IMG/VR virus record: IMGVR_UViG_3300045988_091734
Coordinates: 1-49,403 of that record
Source of the DNA: a virus
Strand: one strand, 5' to 3'
DNA: 49,403 bases
Under the pieces are notes generated by a model. That model did no database searches. It was not told the DNA's origin and saw only the letters and a list, made by a program, of their open reading frames with translations. Made by a program: the position numbers and the translations under genes. How positions within the stretch are numbered: position 1 is the first letter of the stretch; each line of letters starts with the position of its first letter. This document shows, one piece after another, positions 40,613 through 47,373 of this stretch.

Positions 40613-41128
40613 TCACCCCTTCTGCACCGCGAAAACCGGGTCGCGCGGAATAATCTTGATTCCGGGAACGACTTCGCCCGTCAACTCATCAATCGCCTGT
40701 CCGTTGTTCTCCGTAATCAGCCCTTTCAGCGCCGTCCATTTCAGTTTCGGCACGTTCTCAACGCAGGACGGCGCATTCTCGGCACACCACGCGATAATCT
40801 GCGCATCGTCGCGCTCGTACTCCGGCGCTTGCGCCTTGCGAACCAGAACGCCGCTCGGCAGCTTGTACTTCTCGCTGGTCTTTGTCGCCTTGTGCGGAAC
40901 GGTTTCGAAGTAGCTTTCCAGCAGCGCTGTGAAGTAGTCAATGCTCTGCTGGTTGGACTGCGCCACGCGCTCGCTCTGCGCCTTGTAGTAGTCCTTCCAT
41001 TTCTGCGTATCGGCTTCCAGCTCCGCGATACGGCGAACCGCCCAGTCTGCCTTCTGGTCGTTGTCGATGACAAACCCCGCGCGTTCTTCCTGCTCGTTTT
41101 CCTCGATTTCGTCAATGAACTGCTCCAT
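40613..41128 (-). CDS. Mu Gam-like host-nuclease inhibitor protein
   Basis: FVIDNDQKADWAVRRIAELEADTQKWKDYYKAQ...KYKLPSGVLVRK fits the Gam-like family as recalled. ATG 41128 follows GAAAGGAAG. An in-frame GTG at 41182 is an alternative start. Confidence 0.6.
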   Translation of the reverse strand: MEQFIDEIEENEQEERAGFVIDNDQKADWAVRRIAELEADTQKWKDYYKAQSERVAQSNQQSIDYFTALLESYFETVPHKATKTSEKYKLPSGVLVRKAQAPEYERDDAQIIAWCAENAPSCVENVPKLKWTALKGLITENNGQAIDELTGEVVPGIKIIPRDPVFAVQKG

Positions 41129-41133
41129 ATATG

Positions 41134-41162
41134 TTGACTTCCTTTCGTTTTTGTGGTAGAAT
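41134..41162 (+). promoter_or_regulatory. P10: strong near-consensus promoter on the plus strand (TTGACT-17-TGgTAGAAT)
   Basis: TTGACTtcctttcgtttttgTGgTAGAAT faces away from gam; the CATATATG box abuts the -35. Confidence 0.65.
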
Positions 41163-41168
41163 GGCAGT

Positions 41169-41239
41169 GGCTTAACCGCCACATTACCCTTTCTGTCTGC
41201 TCGTGATGCGCTTTGTACCCGCGTCACGGGCGCTTTTTT
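41169..41239 (+). ncRNA. candidate ~70-nt antisense RNA complementary to the gam leader and to the conserved blocks of the four cassette leaders
   Basis: Downstream of P10 there is no RBS or ORF. ATTACCCTTTCTGTC lies at 41183-41197. The 9-bp stem CGTGATGCG/CGCGTCACG has loop CTTTGTACC (41211-41219) and is followed by T6 at 41234-41239. Confidence 0.5.
41183..41228 (-). promoter_or_regulatory. structured 5' leader copy 5 (no consensus promoter) upstream of gam
   Basis: Minus strand CGTGACGCG-GGTACAAAG-CGCATCACG, then gagcaGACAGAAAGGGTAAT. The loop and RBS block are shared with cassettes 1-4. Confidence 0.5.
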
Positions 41240-41522
41240 ATGCCCTTCTCCGGGCGATTGTTCCGTCAGGATTCATCAGCCCGCGCGCTACAAGGTCATT
41301 GCGCTTCTTGCGCTGGCGGATGACCTCGTTCTCCTGCTCCTGCGTCGGATAACGCTTGCGCCGCTCCAGCTCCTGCTCAAAGTCGCTGACCGTGACGCGG
41401 ATGGTTTCGTGCGCCTTGCCGCCGATGCAGATGTGCGGCATTTCGCGCATAAATTTCCGGGCGCTCTCCTTGCTGATGCAGAGGATTTCGGCGACGCGCT
41501 CCGTGTTAAGGTATTGCGTCAT
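41238..41522 (-). CDS. excisionase/MerR-like HTH (HTH_17-type) protein
   Basis: ATG 41522 (ATGA overlap). MTQYLNTERVAEILCISKESARKFMREMPHICIGG. Confidence 0.5.
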   Translation of the reverse strand: MTQYLNTERVAEILCISKESARKFMREMPHICIGGKAHETIRVTVSDFEQELERRKRYPTQEQENEVIRQRKKRNDLVARGLMNPDGTIARRRA

Positions 41523-41971
41523 TTCGCGCCACCTCGCTTTTCGATGCGGGCAAGCGTGTCGGACAGGCAAGCAACCGCCTTTTTGATGAGCTCGATGTAC
41601 TTGTCGCGGTTCATCATGTTGTCGATTTTTCCGTCGTCGCTCACGTCGCGCTCAATGGCTTCCTGCAATCGCAGGATATCCTCTATTGCGTACCGATTCC
41701 GCAGAACGCTCCCCATCGTTGTTGTATCGCTAATTGGGCTGTAATGCCGACGGTAGCTGTCGCTGTGTGACAGCATCCAGCGATGCCACAGCATAGGGCA
41801 TTTGTACAGCTCTTCAAGCTGGTCGATGACTTCCGGCGACGGCTCTGCTTCGTCTCCCTCCCAGCGGCGGATGCACGATTCCGACGTGTGAATTTCCTGC
41901 GCCACCTGCCACAAGCGCAGCCCTGCTTGCTCTCTGGCGGTTCGCAGCTCATAACCGCGAAATTCCGGCAT
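41519..41971 (-). CDS. XRE-family HTH protein
   Basis: LRTAREQAGLRLWQVAQEIHTSESCIRRWE at the N-terminus; 150 aa. Confidence 0.6.
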   Translation of the reverse strand: MPEFRGYELRTAREQAGLRLWQVAQEIHTSESCIRRWEGDEAEPSPEVIDQLEELYKCPMLWHRWMLSHSDSYRRHYSPISDTTTMGSVLRNRYAIEDILRLQEAIERDVSDDGKIDNMMNRDKYIELIKKAVACLSDTLARIEKRGGAK

Positions 41972-42319
41972 TTACTTAGCCCCCCTATCTGCTACAATAT
42001 TAGTAGGCGCAAGGGCGAAAGCCGTCGCGATTACTTCCGCGATGAAGTTGCCCTGCGCGTCAATCTCCCCCGCCTGATACCGCCCCGTCTCTGACAATGC
42101 GCGGCTATACGCTCGCTCAAACGTCAACTTTGTAATGTCGTCCGGCGTGTTGATGCCCGCCATGTTGCAAACTGCGTCGTAGACAATCCGCATTGCGGCG
42201 CTGTCTCCCAGATGGTTGCGAATCTGCTTGACGATAACCGCGTCGATTGGACACCACCGCAGCCCCTTGCCTTCCTCCGGCTGCATCGTTACCCCGGTTG
42301 CTCGCTGGAAGTCAGTCAT
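41972..42319 (-). CDS. hypothetical protein
   Basis: 115 aa ORF in the early operon. Confidence 0.55.
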   Translation of the reverse strand: MTDFQRATGVTMQPEEGKGLRWCPIDAVIVKQIRNHLGDSAAMRIVYDAVCNMAGINTPDDITKLTFERAYSRALSETGRYQAGEIDAQGNFIAEVIATAFALAPTNIVADRGAK

Positions 42320-42662
42320 TTTGATTAGCCTCCCTCAATTGCTTTGTTTTGGCAAGCAACTTGTCCATCGCGCTCTCATACGCTCTGTAAACGGCGTTCG
42401 CGTTGTAGTAGCGGTCTTTCCATTCGTCCCCGACGCTGCACCGCTGGAACATTTCCTTGTGCTTTTCTTTCTGCCCAACTCGCGTACTGTACACGATTTC
42501 GTTCCAGACGCGGCTTGCAAAACTTTTGCTGTCGCATACCATGTCAAGATTGCGGATGATTTCGGTTGCATTGCGAAGCAACACATCGTTGACCATGTTC
42601 GCTTCCCAGATTGCCGCCCGCGCCTCTGCGTTTGGCACGACCTTTTCCGGAATAACAAGCAT
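42312..42662 (-). CDS. hypothetical protein
   Basis: 116 aa ORF in the early operon. Confidence 0.55.
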   Translation of the reverse strand: MLVIPEKVVPNAEARAAIWEANMVNDVLLRNATEIIRNLDMVCDSKSFASRVWNEIVYSTRVGQKEKHKEMFQRCSVGDEWKDRYYNANAVYRAYESAMDKLLAKTKQLREANQND

Positions 42663-42679
42663 TACCCTTTTTCCCCCCC

Positions 42680-42973
42680 TTAGACAGCGACCGTCGCCGT
42701 CTTGTCCATCTCGTACTTAACCGCCAACAGCAGGGCTTCCATCACGGCTTCATACGCGCAGTATGCCTCGCTGATGTAGTCCCAGTTCCCCAGCTTTGCG
42801 AACTCGTCGCGCGTCATGGCTTTCAGCTTCTTCGCGCTCTGGCGGATGGCGAAAATCGCCATGTTCGCGTCACCGCGCGATACACAATCACCCATGCACT
42901 GGTTTTGAATGTCCTTGCCGTACTCGTCCAGCAGACGGTTCGCGATTCGAACCTTGATAACTTCATCGCTCAT
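42680..42973 (-). CDS. hypothetical protein
   Basis: ATG 42973 follows an AAAGGGG RBS; 97 aa. Confidence 0.55.
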   Translation of the reverse strand: MSDEVIKVRIANRLLDEYGKDIQNQCMGDCVSRGDANMAIFAIRQSAKKLKAMTRDEFAKLGNWDYISEAYCAYEAVMEALLLAVKYEMDKTATVAV

Positions 42974-43014
42974 TGTGATACCCCTTTCTATCTTTGCGCT
43001 TTTCGCGCTGTTAG

Positions 43015-43197
43015 TTAGTCGATGAGTGTCCACCAGTCCACGCCCAAAGTAGGCGCAAGCTGCTTTGCGGTGTGCGGTGTTACGTTCCGTTTTCCGTTTG
43101 CAATCAGGGACAACATAGATTCGGAGATTCCCGTGATTCGGGCAATGTCCGCCATCTTCAAGCCCCGTCGTTCTGCAAGTTCCCGGATGTTTGACAA
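43015..43197 (-). CDS. small XRE-family HTH protein (Cro-like)
   Basis: 60 aa, LKMADIARITGISESMLSLIANGKRNVT; TTG start after GGGAGA. Confidence 0.65.
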   Translation of the reverse strand: MSNIRELAERRGLKMADIARITGISESMLSLIANGKRNVTPHTAKQLAPTLGVDWWTLID

Positions 43198-43324
43198 TTT
43201 TTCTCCCTTCTTCTTTACGTTAGGTAAAGTTTTTCGCTAAAAAAATTTGATTTTTCTTCCTCTTTGGGGATAGACGTTTGATTTTGTCAATCCCATTGTG
43301 TTATGCTTTGTGTGCAGGATTCTG

Positions 43325-43456
43325 TCATCTCTGCGACTTGCGCCCTACTCGCTCTGCGGCGATGTAGGTTGCTACCTCGTCAATCAGCCAGATTGCGGCG
43401 ATGATTGCGATGCTCAAACCAGCGAAGACGAACCCTGCCGGGTCTGCGTGTGGCAT
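43325..43456 (-). CDS. 43-aa single-pass membrane peptide (not in the track)
   Basis: GAGGAG RBS overlapping the upstream stop. MPHADPAGFVFAGLSIAIIAAIWLIDEVATYIAAERVGRKSQR. Confidence 0.5.
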   Translation of the reverse strand: MPHADPAGFVFAGLSIAIIAAIWLIDEVATYIAAERVGRKSQR

Positions 43457-43461
43457 CCGTG

Positions 43462-43656
43462 TCACTCCTCTCTCCGTAACAATTCCCTGTGGGAAGTGTG
43501 AAATACGTCCTCCAGCGCTACCAACACAGGATAGGACGGGTCACGCTTCCCAGTCTCGATTAGACTGTAAGCCTGTACCGTGATTCCAAGTTGCTTTGCA
43601 ACATCGGCTTGCGACCAGCCTTGCAAGGCTCTGACCCGCTTTAATGCGGTTCTCAT
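43462..43656 (-). CDS. XRE-family HTH protein (first gene from P5)
   Basis: ATG 43656 follows GGGAG. LQGWSQADVAKQLGITVQAYSLIETGKRDPS; 64 aa. Confidence 0.7.
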   Translation of the reverse strand: MRTALKRVRALQGWSQADVAKQLGITVQAYSLIETGKRDPSYPVLVALEDVFHTSHRELLRREE

Positions 43657-43709
43657 TGTTGCTCCCTTCTCATCAACTCTCGGCAAGTGTTTTCCGCTTG
43701 CTTGTTTAC

Positions 43710-43738
43710 ATTATACATCAACTTTGCGTTGATGTCAA
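43710..43738 (-). promoter_or_regulatory. P5: exact consensus early promoter with palindromic operator in the spacer
   Basis: TTGACAtcaacgcaaagttgatgTATAAT with palindrome CATCAAC-N5-GTTGATG (43716-43734). An extra CATCAAC half-site lies at 43671-43677. Confidence 0.8.
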
Positions 43739-43748
43739 GAGGTTTTCA

Positions 43749-44075
43749 ATGTTTTCACGAGAAAAATTTGCGTCTCGCCTTTTGGTGCTGCGCAAGCAAG
43801 CAGGGCTTTCCGTCGCGGCGCTTGGTGATGCGCTTGGTATCTCCGGCGCGTCCGTAACGCAGTTGGAGAAGTGCCAGCGTTCGCCCAGCGTTGAGGTATT
43901 CGGAAAAATCGCTGATATCTTCGGCGTTTCCTACGATTATCTTGCCGGGTGCGACGGTGCGCCGTCTCCAAAAGAGACAGACACGCTCTACTTGGAGATT
44001 TCCGCGCTTGCTCCGTCTGACCGGGAAGAAGTCATGCGGTACGCTCGATACGTCCGGGCGAACCCGCGCAAGTGA
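43749..44075 (+). CDS. XRE-family repressor candidate (CI-like)
   Basis: ATG 43749 lies 6 nt after AAGAGG. LRKQAGLSVAALGDALGISGASVTQLEKCQRSPS plus a C-terminal helical extension; divergent from P5. Confidence 0.7.
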   Translation: MFSREKFASRLLVLRKQAGLSVAALGDALGISGASVTQLEKCQRSPSVEVFGKIADIFGVSYDYLAGCDGAPSPKETDTLYLEISALAPSDREEVMRYARYVRANPRK

Positions 44076-44086
44076 GGTGATGCACC

Positions 44087-44398
44087 GTGCCGTTCCCGGA
44101 AATTCTGCTTGCGCTTCGGCTCTCGAACGGGCTGAGCCAGCAACAGCTTGCAGAACGCGCCAATGTCGCAGAGATTACAATCCAGAACTATGAATCTGGA
44201 AGAAGCAACCCCGTTCCGACGCGGCTTCTCGCAATCGCGGATGTCCTCGGCGTTTCGCTCGATACACTCGTTGGACGTGATGAGAACGCCTTCTCGCCGC
44301 CCGACTTCGACCCGCTGACGGAACACGTGAAGTCTCTTTCCGCGCTCCAGCGTGCGGATGTGATGAAGTACATCGAGTTCATCAAATCGCGCTCCTGA
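44087..44398 (+). CDS. XRE-family HTH protein, paralog of 43749..44075
   Basis: GTG after GAGGTGA. LRLSNGLSQQQLAERANVAEITIQNYESGRSNP. The C-terminal ...ADVMKYIEFIKS resembles ...EEVMRYARYVRA of its neighbour. Confidence 0.65.
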   Translation: MPFPEILLALRLSNGLSQQQLAERANVAEITIQNYESGRSNPVPTRLLAIADVLGVSLDTLVGRDENAFSPPDFDPLTEHVKSLSALQRADVMKYIEFIKSRS

Positions 44399-44523
44399 TG
44401 CGCGTTTGCGCCCGGACACACACTCTACAAAGGCAAAAACGGCTCTCTGAGCGCTTTCAGCCCGTCAGGTGAGGAAATACCAATCCTGACGTGCAAGCGC
44501 TCCTGCGGGCGTTTTTGTGCGGA

Positions 44524-44736
44524 TTAGACGTTGCTTTCGCGCAAAGCCTTTTTCGCTTCCGCCTGTGTCGTCCAGACAACCGTCACGCAGCCGGAACGAT
44601 GAACGTGCGTCTTGATAGGCACATACCCGGGATCGGCTAATATGTGCATATCCCGCGCGGATGTCCGACGCGTGGTGATGGTGTATCGCATCCGGTTCTC
44701 GATGTCTGGCTGGTTGACGTGGTACGTCAGGTTCAC
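44524..44736 (-). CDS. possible small hypothetical protein
   Basis: 70-aa ORF, but no start codon has good RBS spacing. Confidence 0.3.
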   Translation of the reverse strand: MNLTYHVNQPDIENRMRYTITTRRTSARDMHILADPGYVPIKTHVHRSGCVTVVWTTQAEAKKALRESNV

Positions 44737-44852
44737 CTCCGTGCTCTGCTAACGTATGATTGAAAGGCGGTGAGTATGCTTGCACTATCCTTGATTGTGC
44801 TTTTTTGCTACTCTTTGCCTTAAAGCGACAAGTTACGAAAGGGGTTATCACG

Positions 44853-45629
44853 ATGAAGAAGTTTGTTTCCGTCCTGCTGGTTCTCTGCTGCCTGATGGCT
44901 TCCTGCGTCCCCGCGCTGGCGCTGACCGATGACGAAGCTTTCGTCATTCGCTTTCTGCAAATGTCTCCGTTCGGCGACCATTCGGATGACGGCTATTACT
45001 ATTCGCTTTCCGCTGATACGGCGGAAAAGTGCATAGAGGTTAAATGCTACCACCCGGTATTCTCGACGCTCAAGACGTGCGACGTTGCGGAATACGCTTC
45101 CATGGTTGATTCCTACACGCGCATTTTTGAAACTGCTGCTGAGACTGTGAGCCATTGGGCAAGTGGCTATTATCTCAAGCTGAGCTTCTGCACAAAGAGC
45201 GACTTTACCGGCGACGTATACTGTGAGTTCAGCAACAAGAGCGGCGAAACCGTCCATGAGGATTTTGACGTTCCGATTGACGCTGATTCTAACGTTTACG
45301 TCTCTTGGGGCGCGGATGCCGATTTCCTCGCAAAAGTCGTCGAAGTGTACGGAAAGAAGGACGGCTACGTCGGCTATTATTACAGCAAGAAGGATAAGGC
45401 TTACATGGTGAAGATGAACGGCGCGTATGTTGCCGATATGTTCGCCGGTTACAAGGGCAAAGCAGCGAAGGTAACTTTGACGCAAGATTACCTCGACGAC
45501 TTCTCCCAACTTGCCGACTTCGACACATTGAACTACTCGCTCGTTTTCCTCGATGACGATGGCAATCTGTTTTTCTACGCCTCCTGTCAGCCCGGACAAG
45601 ATATGACTTGCTTGTATCTTAGCAAGTGA
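44853..45629 (+). CDS. secreted or lipid-anchored hypothetical protein inside the immunity region
   Basis: ATG 44853 follows AAAGGGG. Signal peptide MKKFVSVLLVLCCLMASCVPALA with a possible lipobox (MASC) or AxA cleavage site (ALA/LT). Confidence 0.65.
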   Translation: MKKFVSVLLVLCCLMASCVPALALTDDEAFVIRFLQMSPFGDHSDDGYYYSLSADTAEKCIEVKCYHPVFSTLKTCDVAEYASMVDSYTRIFETAAETVSHWASGYYLKLSFCTKSDFTGDVYCEFSNKSGETVHEDFDVPIDADSNVYVSWGADADFLAKVVEVYGKKDGYVGYYYSKKDKAYMVKMNGAYVADMFAGYKGKAAKVTLTQDYLDDFSQLADFDTLNYSLVFLDDDGNLFFYASCQPGQDMTCLYLSK

Positions 45630-45635
45630 TACCCG

Positions 45636-45821
45636 TTAGCAAAACAGCGTCCTGATGTCTTCCACCCCCAGCGCGTCGGCGATACGAATCGCTACCAGAA
45701 CGCTGGGGGTATTTTTACCGGAAGCGTACTTGCAAAGCGTGTCTTGCCTGATTCCGGTTCGCTGCGAAAGCTCCTTCTGTGTCCATCCGCGCGCATTAAG
45801 CGCATCGACCAGCTTGCTCAT
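45636..45821 (-). CDS. small XRE-family HTH protein
   Basis: 61 aa, RGWTQKELSQRTGIRQDTLCKYASGKNTPS, GAGGGGGG RBS, driven by P6. Confidence 0.7.
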   Translation of the reverse strand: MSKLVDALNARGWTQKELSQRTGIRQDTLCKYASGKNTPSVLVAIRIADALGVEDIRTLFC

Positions 45822-45850
45822 TTCTTGCCCCCCTCTGCGCCGGTAATTGT

Positions 45851-45879
45851 ATTATATGACAATTTGGCATATATGTCAA
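45851..45879 (-). promoter_or_regulatory. P6: exact consensus promoter
   Basis: TTGACAtatatgccaaattgtcaTATAAT; contains the CATATATG 8-bp palindrome next to the -35. Confidence 0.8.
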
Positions 45880-45910
45880 TAGGGCATGTCCCATTTTGAG
45901 GTGATTTTTT

Positions 45911-46153
45911 TTGAGATTAAAAGCCTTGCGGCTGGAACGACACTTGCAGCAAAGCGATGTTGCAAGCATCATTGGCTGCGGACAGCCGCTTTACAGCCGC
46001 TATGAGCGCGGCGAACGTGAGATTCCACTGCCTGCGCTGATAGCCCTTGCAGACTTCTACGGCGTGTCCCTTGACTATCTCGTCGGGCGCTCCGACGACC
46101 CCACGTTCATGCCAGCCGCCGGAACTATCCCTTGCTCCTCCAGCAAGGACTGA
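45911..46153 (+). CDS. XRE-family HTH protein
   Basis: TTG start after GAGGTGA. LERHLQQSDVASIIGCGQPLYSRYERGEREIP; the 3' end overlaps convergent gene 46075..46611 by 79 nt. Confidence 0.6.
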   Translation: MRLKALRLERHLQQSDVASIIGCGQPLYSRYERGEREIPLPALIALADFYGVSLDYLVGRSDDPTFMPAAGTIPCSSSKD

Positions 46154-46611
46154 ATCACCTTTCGCGCTGTCAGCGTCCACATGGCAAACAGCTGCACCGT
46201 GCCGTGCTCCGTTTTGACTGGCTGGTAAGTCACCATGTCGGCGAAGTTCCCGGCGACCACATAAGAGCCGTCGGAGCGCTGTATCTGGATGCCAGCGCGG
46301 AACAGTGCCTGGTTAAACTCGCGTGTTGTCATGCCGTACTGCATCGCCAGCTTTGCCGTACTGATGGGCAGCGTGTCCGTGATGTTGACTGTCGGCACGT
46401 CCACTTTGCTGTAAACCTCCGGGAACGCCTCTCGGACTGTGCATCCGAGCGCTTCGGCAATGAGCTTCATCGCGTCAACCGTTGGGCTTCCATGTCCGTT
46501 TGCGTATCTGTAGATGGTTGTCTTCGAGATGCCGGACTTTTCGGACAGCGCGGCGACGCTGATTCCTTGTACCCCGGCAATGTGGAGAAAGTGCCGCAGC
46601 TTGTCAGCCAT
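46075..46611 (-). CDS. XRE HTH fused to a KilAC/antirepressor-like C-terminal domain
   Basis: ATG 46611 (ATGGCTGA overlap). GISVAALSEKSGISKTTIYRYANGHGSPT, then ...ISTAKLAMQYGMTTREFNQALFRAGIQIQ... Confidence 0.6.
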   Translation of the reverse strand: MADKLRHFLHIAGVQGISVAALSEKSGISKTTIYRYANGHGSPTVDAMKLIAEALGCTVREAFPEVYSKVDVPTVNITDTLPISTAKLAMQYGMTTREFNQALFRAGIQIQRSDGSYVVAGNFADMVTYQPVKTEHGTVQLFAMWTLTARKVIQSLLEEQGIVPAAGMNVGSSERPTR

Positions 46612-46804
46612 CGACTTCACCCCCGAACAGTTCTTCGACCGTCGTGTTGAGCGCACGGGCAAGACGAAGAGCGGTGTACACGTTCGGCGCGGACTTGCCC
46701 AGCTCGTAGATTCTCACGCTGGATGAGAACAACCCGCAAGCCCTTGCTAATCCGCGCTGTGTTGCCCCGGTGCGCATTCGGTATTCCCGCAGTCGGTTCG
46801 CCAT
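46604..46804 (-). CDS. XRE-family HTH protein
   Basis: ATG 46804 lies 8 nt after AGGAGG. YRMRTGATQRGLARACGLFSSSVRIYELGKSAP; driven by P7. Confidence 0.7.
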   Translation of the reverse strand: MANRLREYRMRTGATQRGLARACGLFSSSVRIYELGKSAPNVYTALRLARALNTTVEELFGGEVDG

Positions 46805-46849
46805 CGGCTTCACCTCCTGAACTATGAGAAAGATTTATTTCACGTCTAT

Positions 46850-46878
46850 ATTATATTTCTTTCACTCCTGATTGTCAA
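46850..46878 (-). promoter_or_regulatory. P7: exact consensus promoter
   Basis: TTGACAatcaggagtgaaagaaaTATAAT. Confidence 0.8.
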
Positions 46879-46911
46879 GGGGGTAGAAAGAAAAAAGTGT
46901 GGTGTAAATAT

Positions 46912-47340
46912 ATGGTTTTGTCTGAACGTCTTGTAGAATTGCGCAAAAAAAAAGGCGTCAGCCAACGAGCTGCCGCAGAAGGTATTGGAATCCAGAACGC
47001 TCAATTGAGCGGGTACGAACGTGGTGCGAACGAGCCGTCCGCCGCCATGCTTGCCCGCCTTGCCGAATACTACGGTGTGACCACCGACTACCTGTGCGGA
47101 CTGTCCGACAACCCGCAAGGAACGTCAGACCGCCCGATTCTCGACGCAACCTGCGAGGCGATTATCGACAAGCTGATGGGTGCGCCGGATGACGTGGTGC
47201 GTGAGGCGATGGACTACGTTGAGTACCTCACCGCGAAGGCGGAACGTCGGATGCGTCAGGAGCGCAGGGAACGTGATAGCTTAAAGCGCATGGCGGACAA
47301 GGTGGATGCTGAAAAGGGCGACCAGAAGGAAGAACCGTAA
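46912..47340 (+). CDS. XRE-family repressor-like protein with C-terminal extension
   Basis: MVLSERLVELRKKKGVSQRAAAEGIGIQNAQLSGYERGANEPS. The C-terminal ...VVREAMDYVEYLTAK resembles the 43749 and 44087 paralogs. The start lacks an obvious RBS. Confidence 0.65.
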   Translation: MVLSERLVELRKKKGVSQRAAAEGIGIQNAQLSGYERGANEPSAAMLARLAEYYGVTTDYLCGLSDNPQGTSDRPILDATCEAIIDKLMGAPDDVVREAMDYVEYLTAKAERRMRQERRERDSLKRMADKVDAEKGDQKEEP

Positions 47341-47373
47341 CCAGCAGGGGAAGCAAGCGGAGAAGTAAGTGTG

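Noticed and set aside
41182-41227. Upstream extension of the gam ORF (track start 41227; in-frame GTG at 41182 just after GACAGAAAGGGTAAT)
   Set aside because: ATG 41128 has the better RBS (GAAAGGAAG with ~10-nt spacing), and the Gam-like similarity begins there. GTG 41182 has only ~4-nt spacing. It is retained only as an alternative, because it would put the start codon under the antisense RNA.
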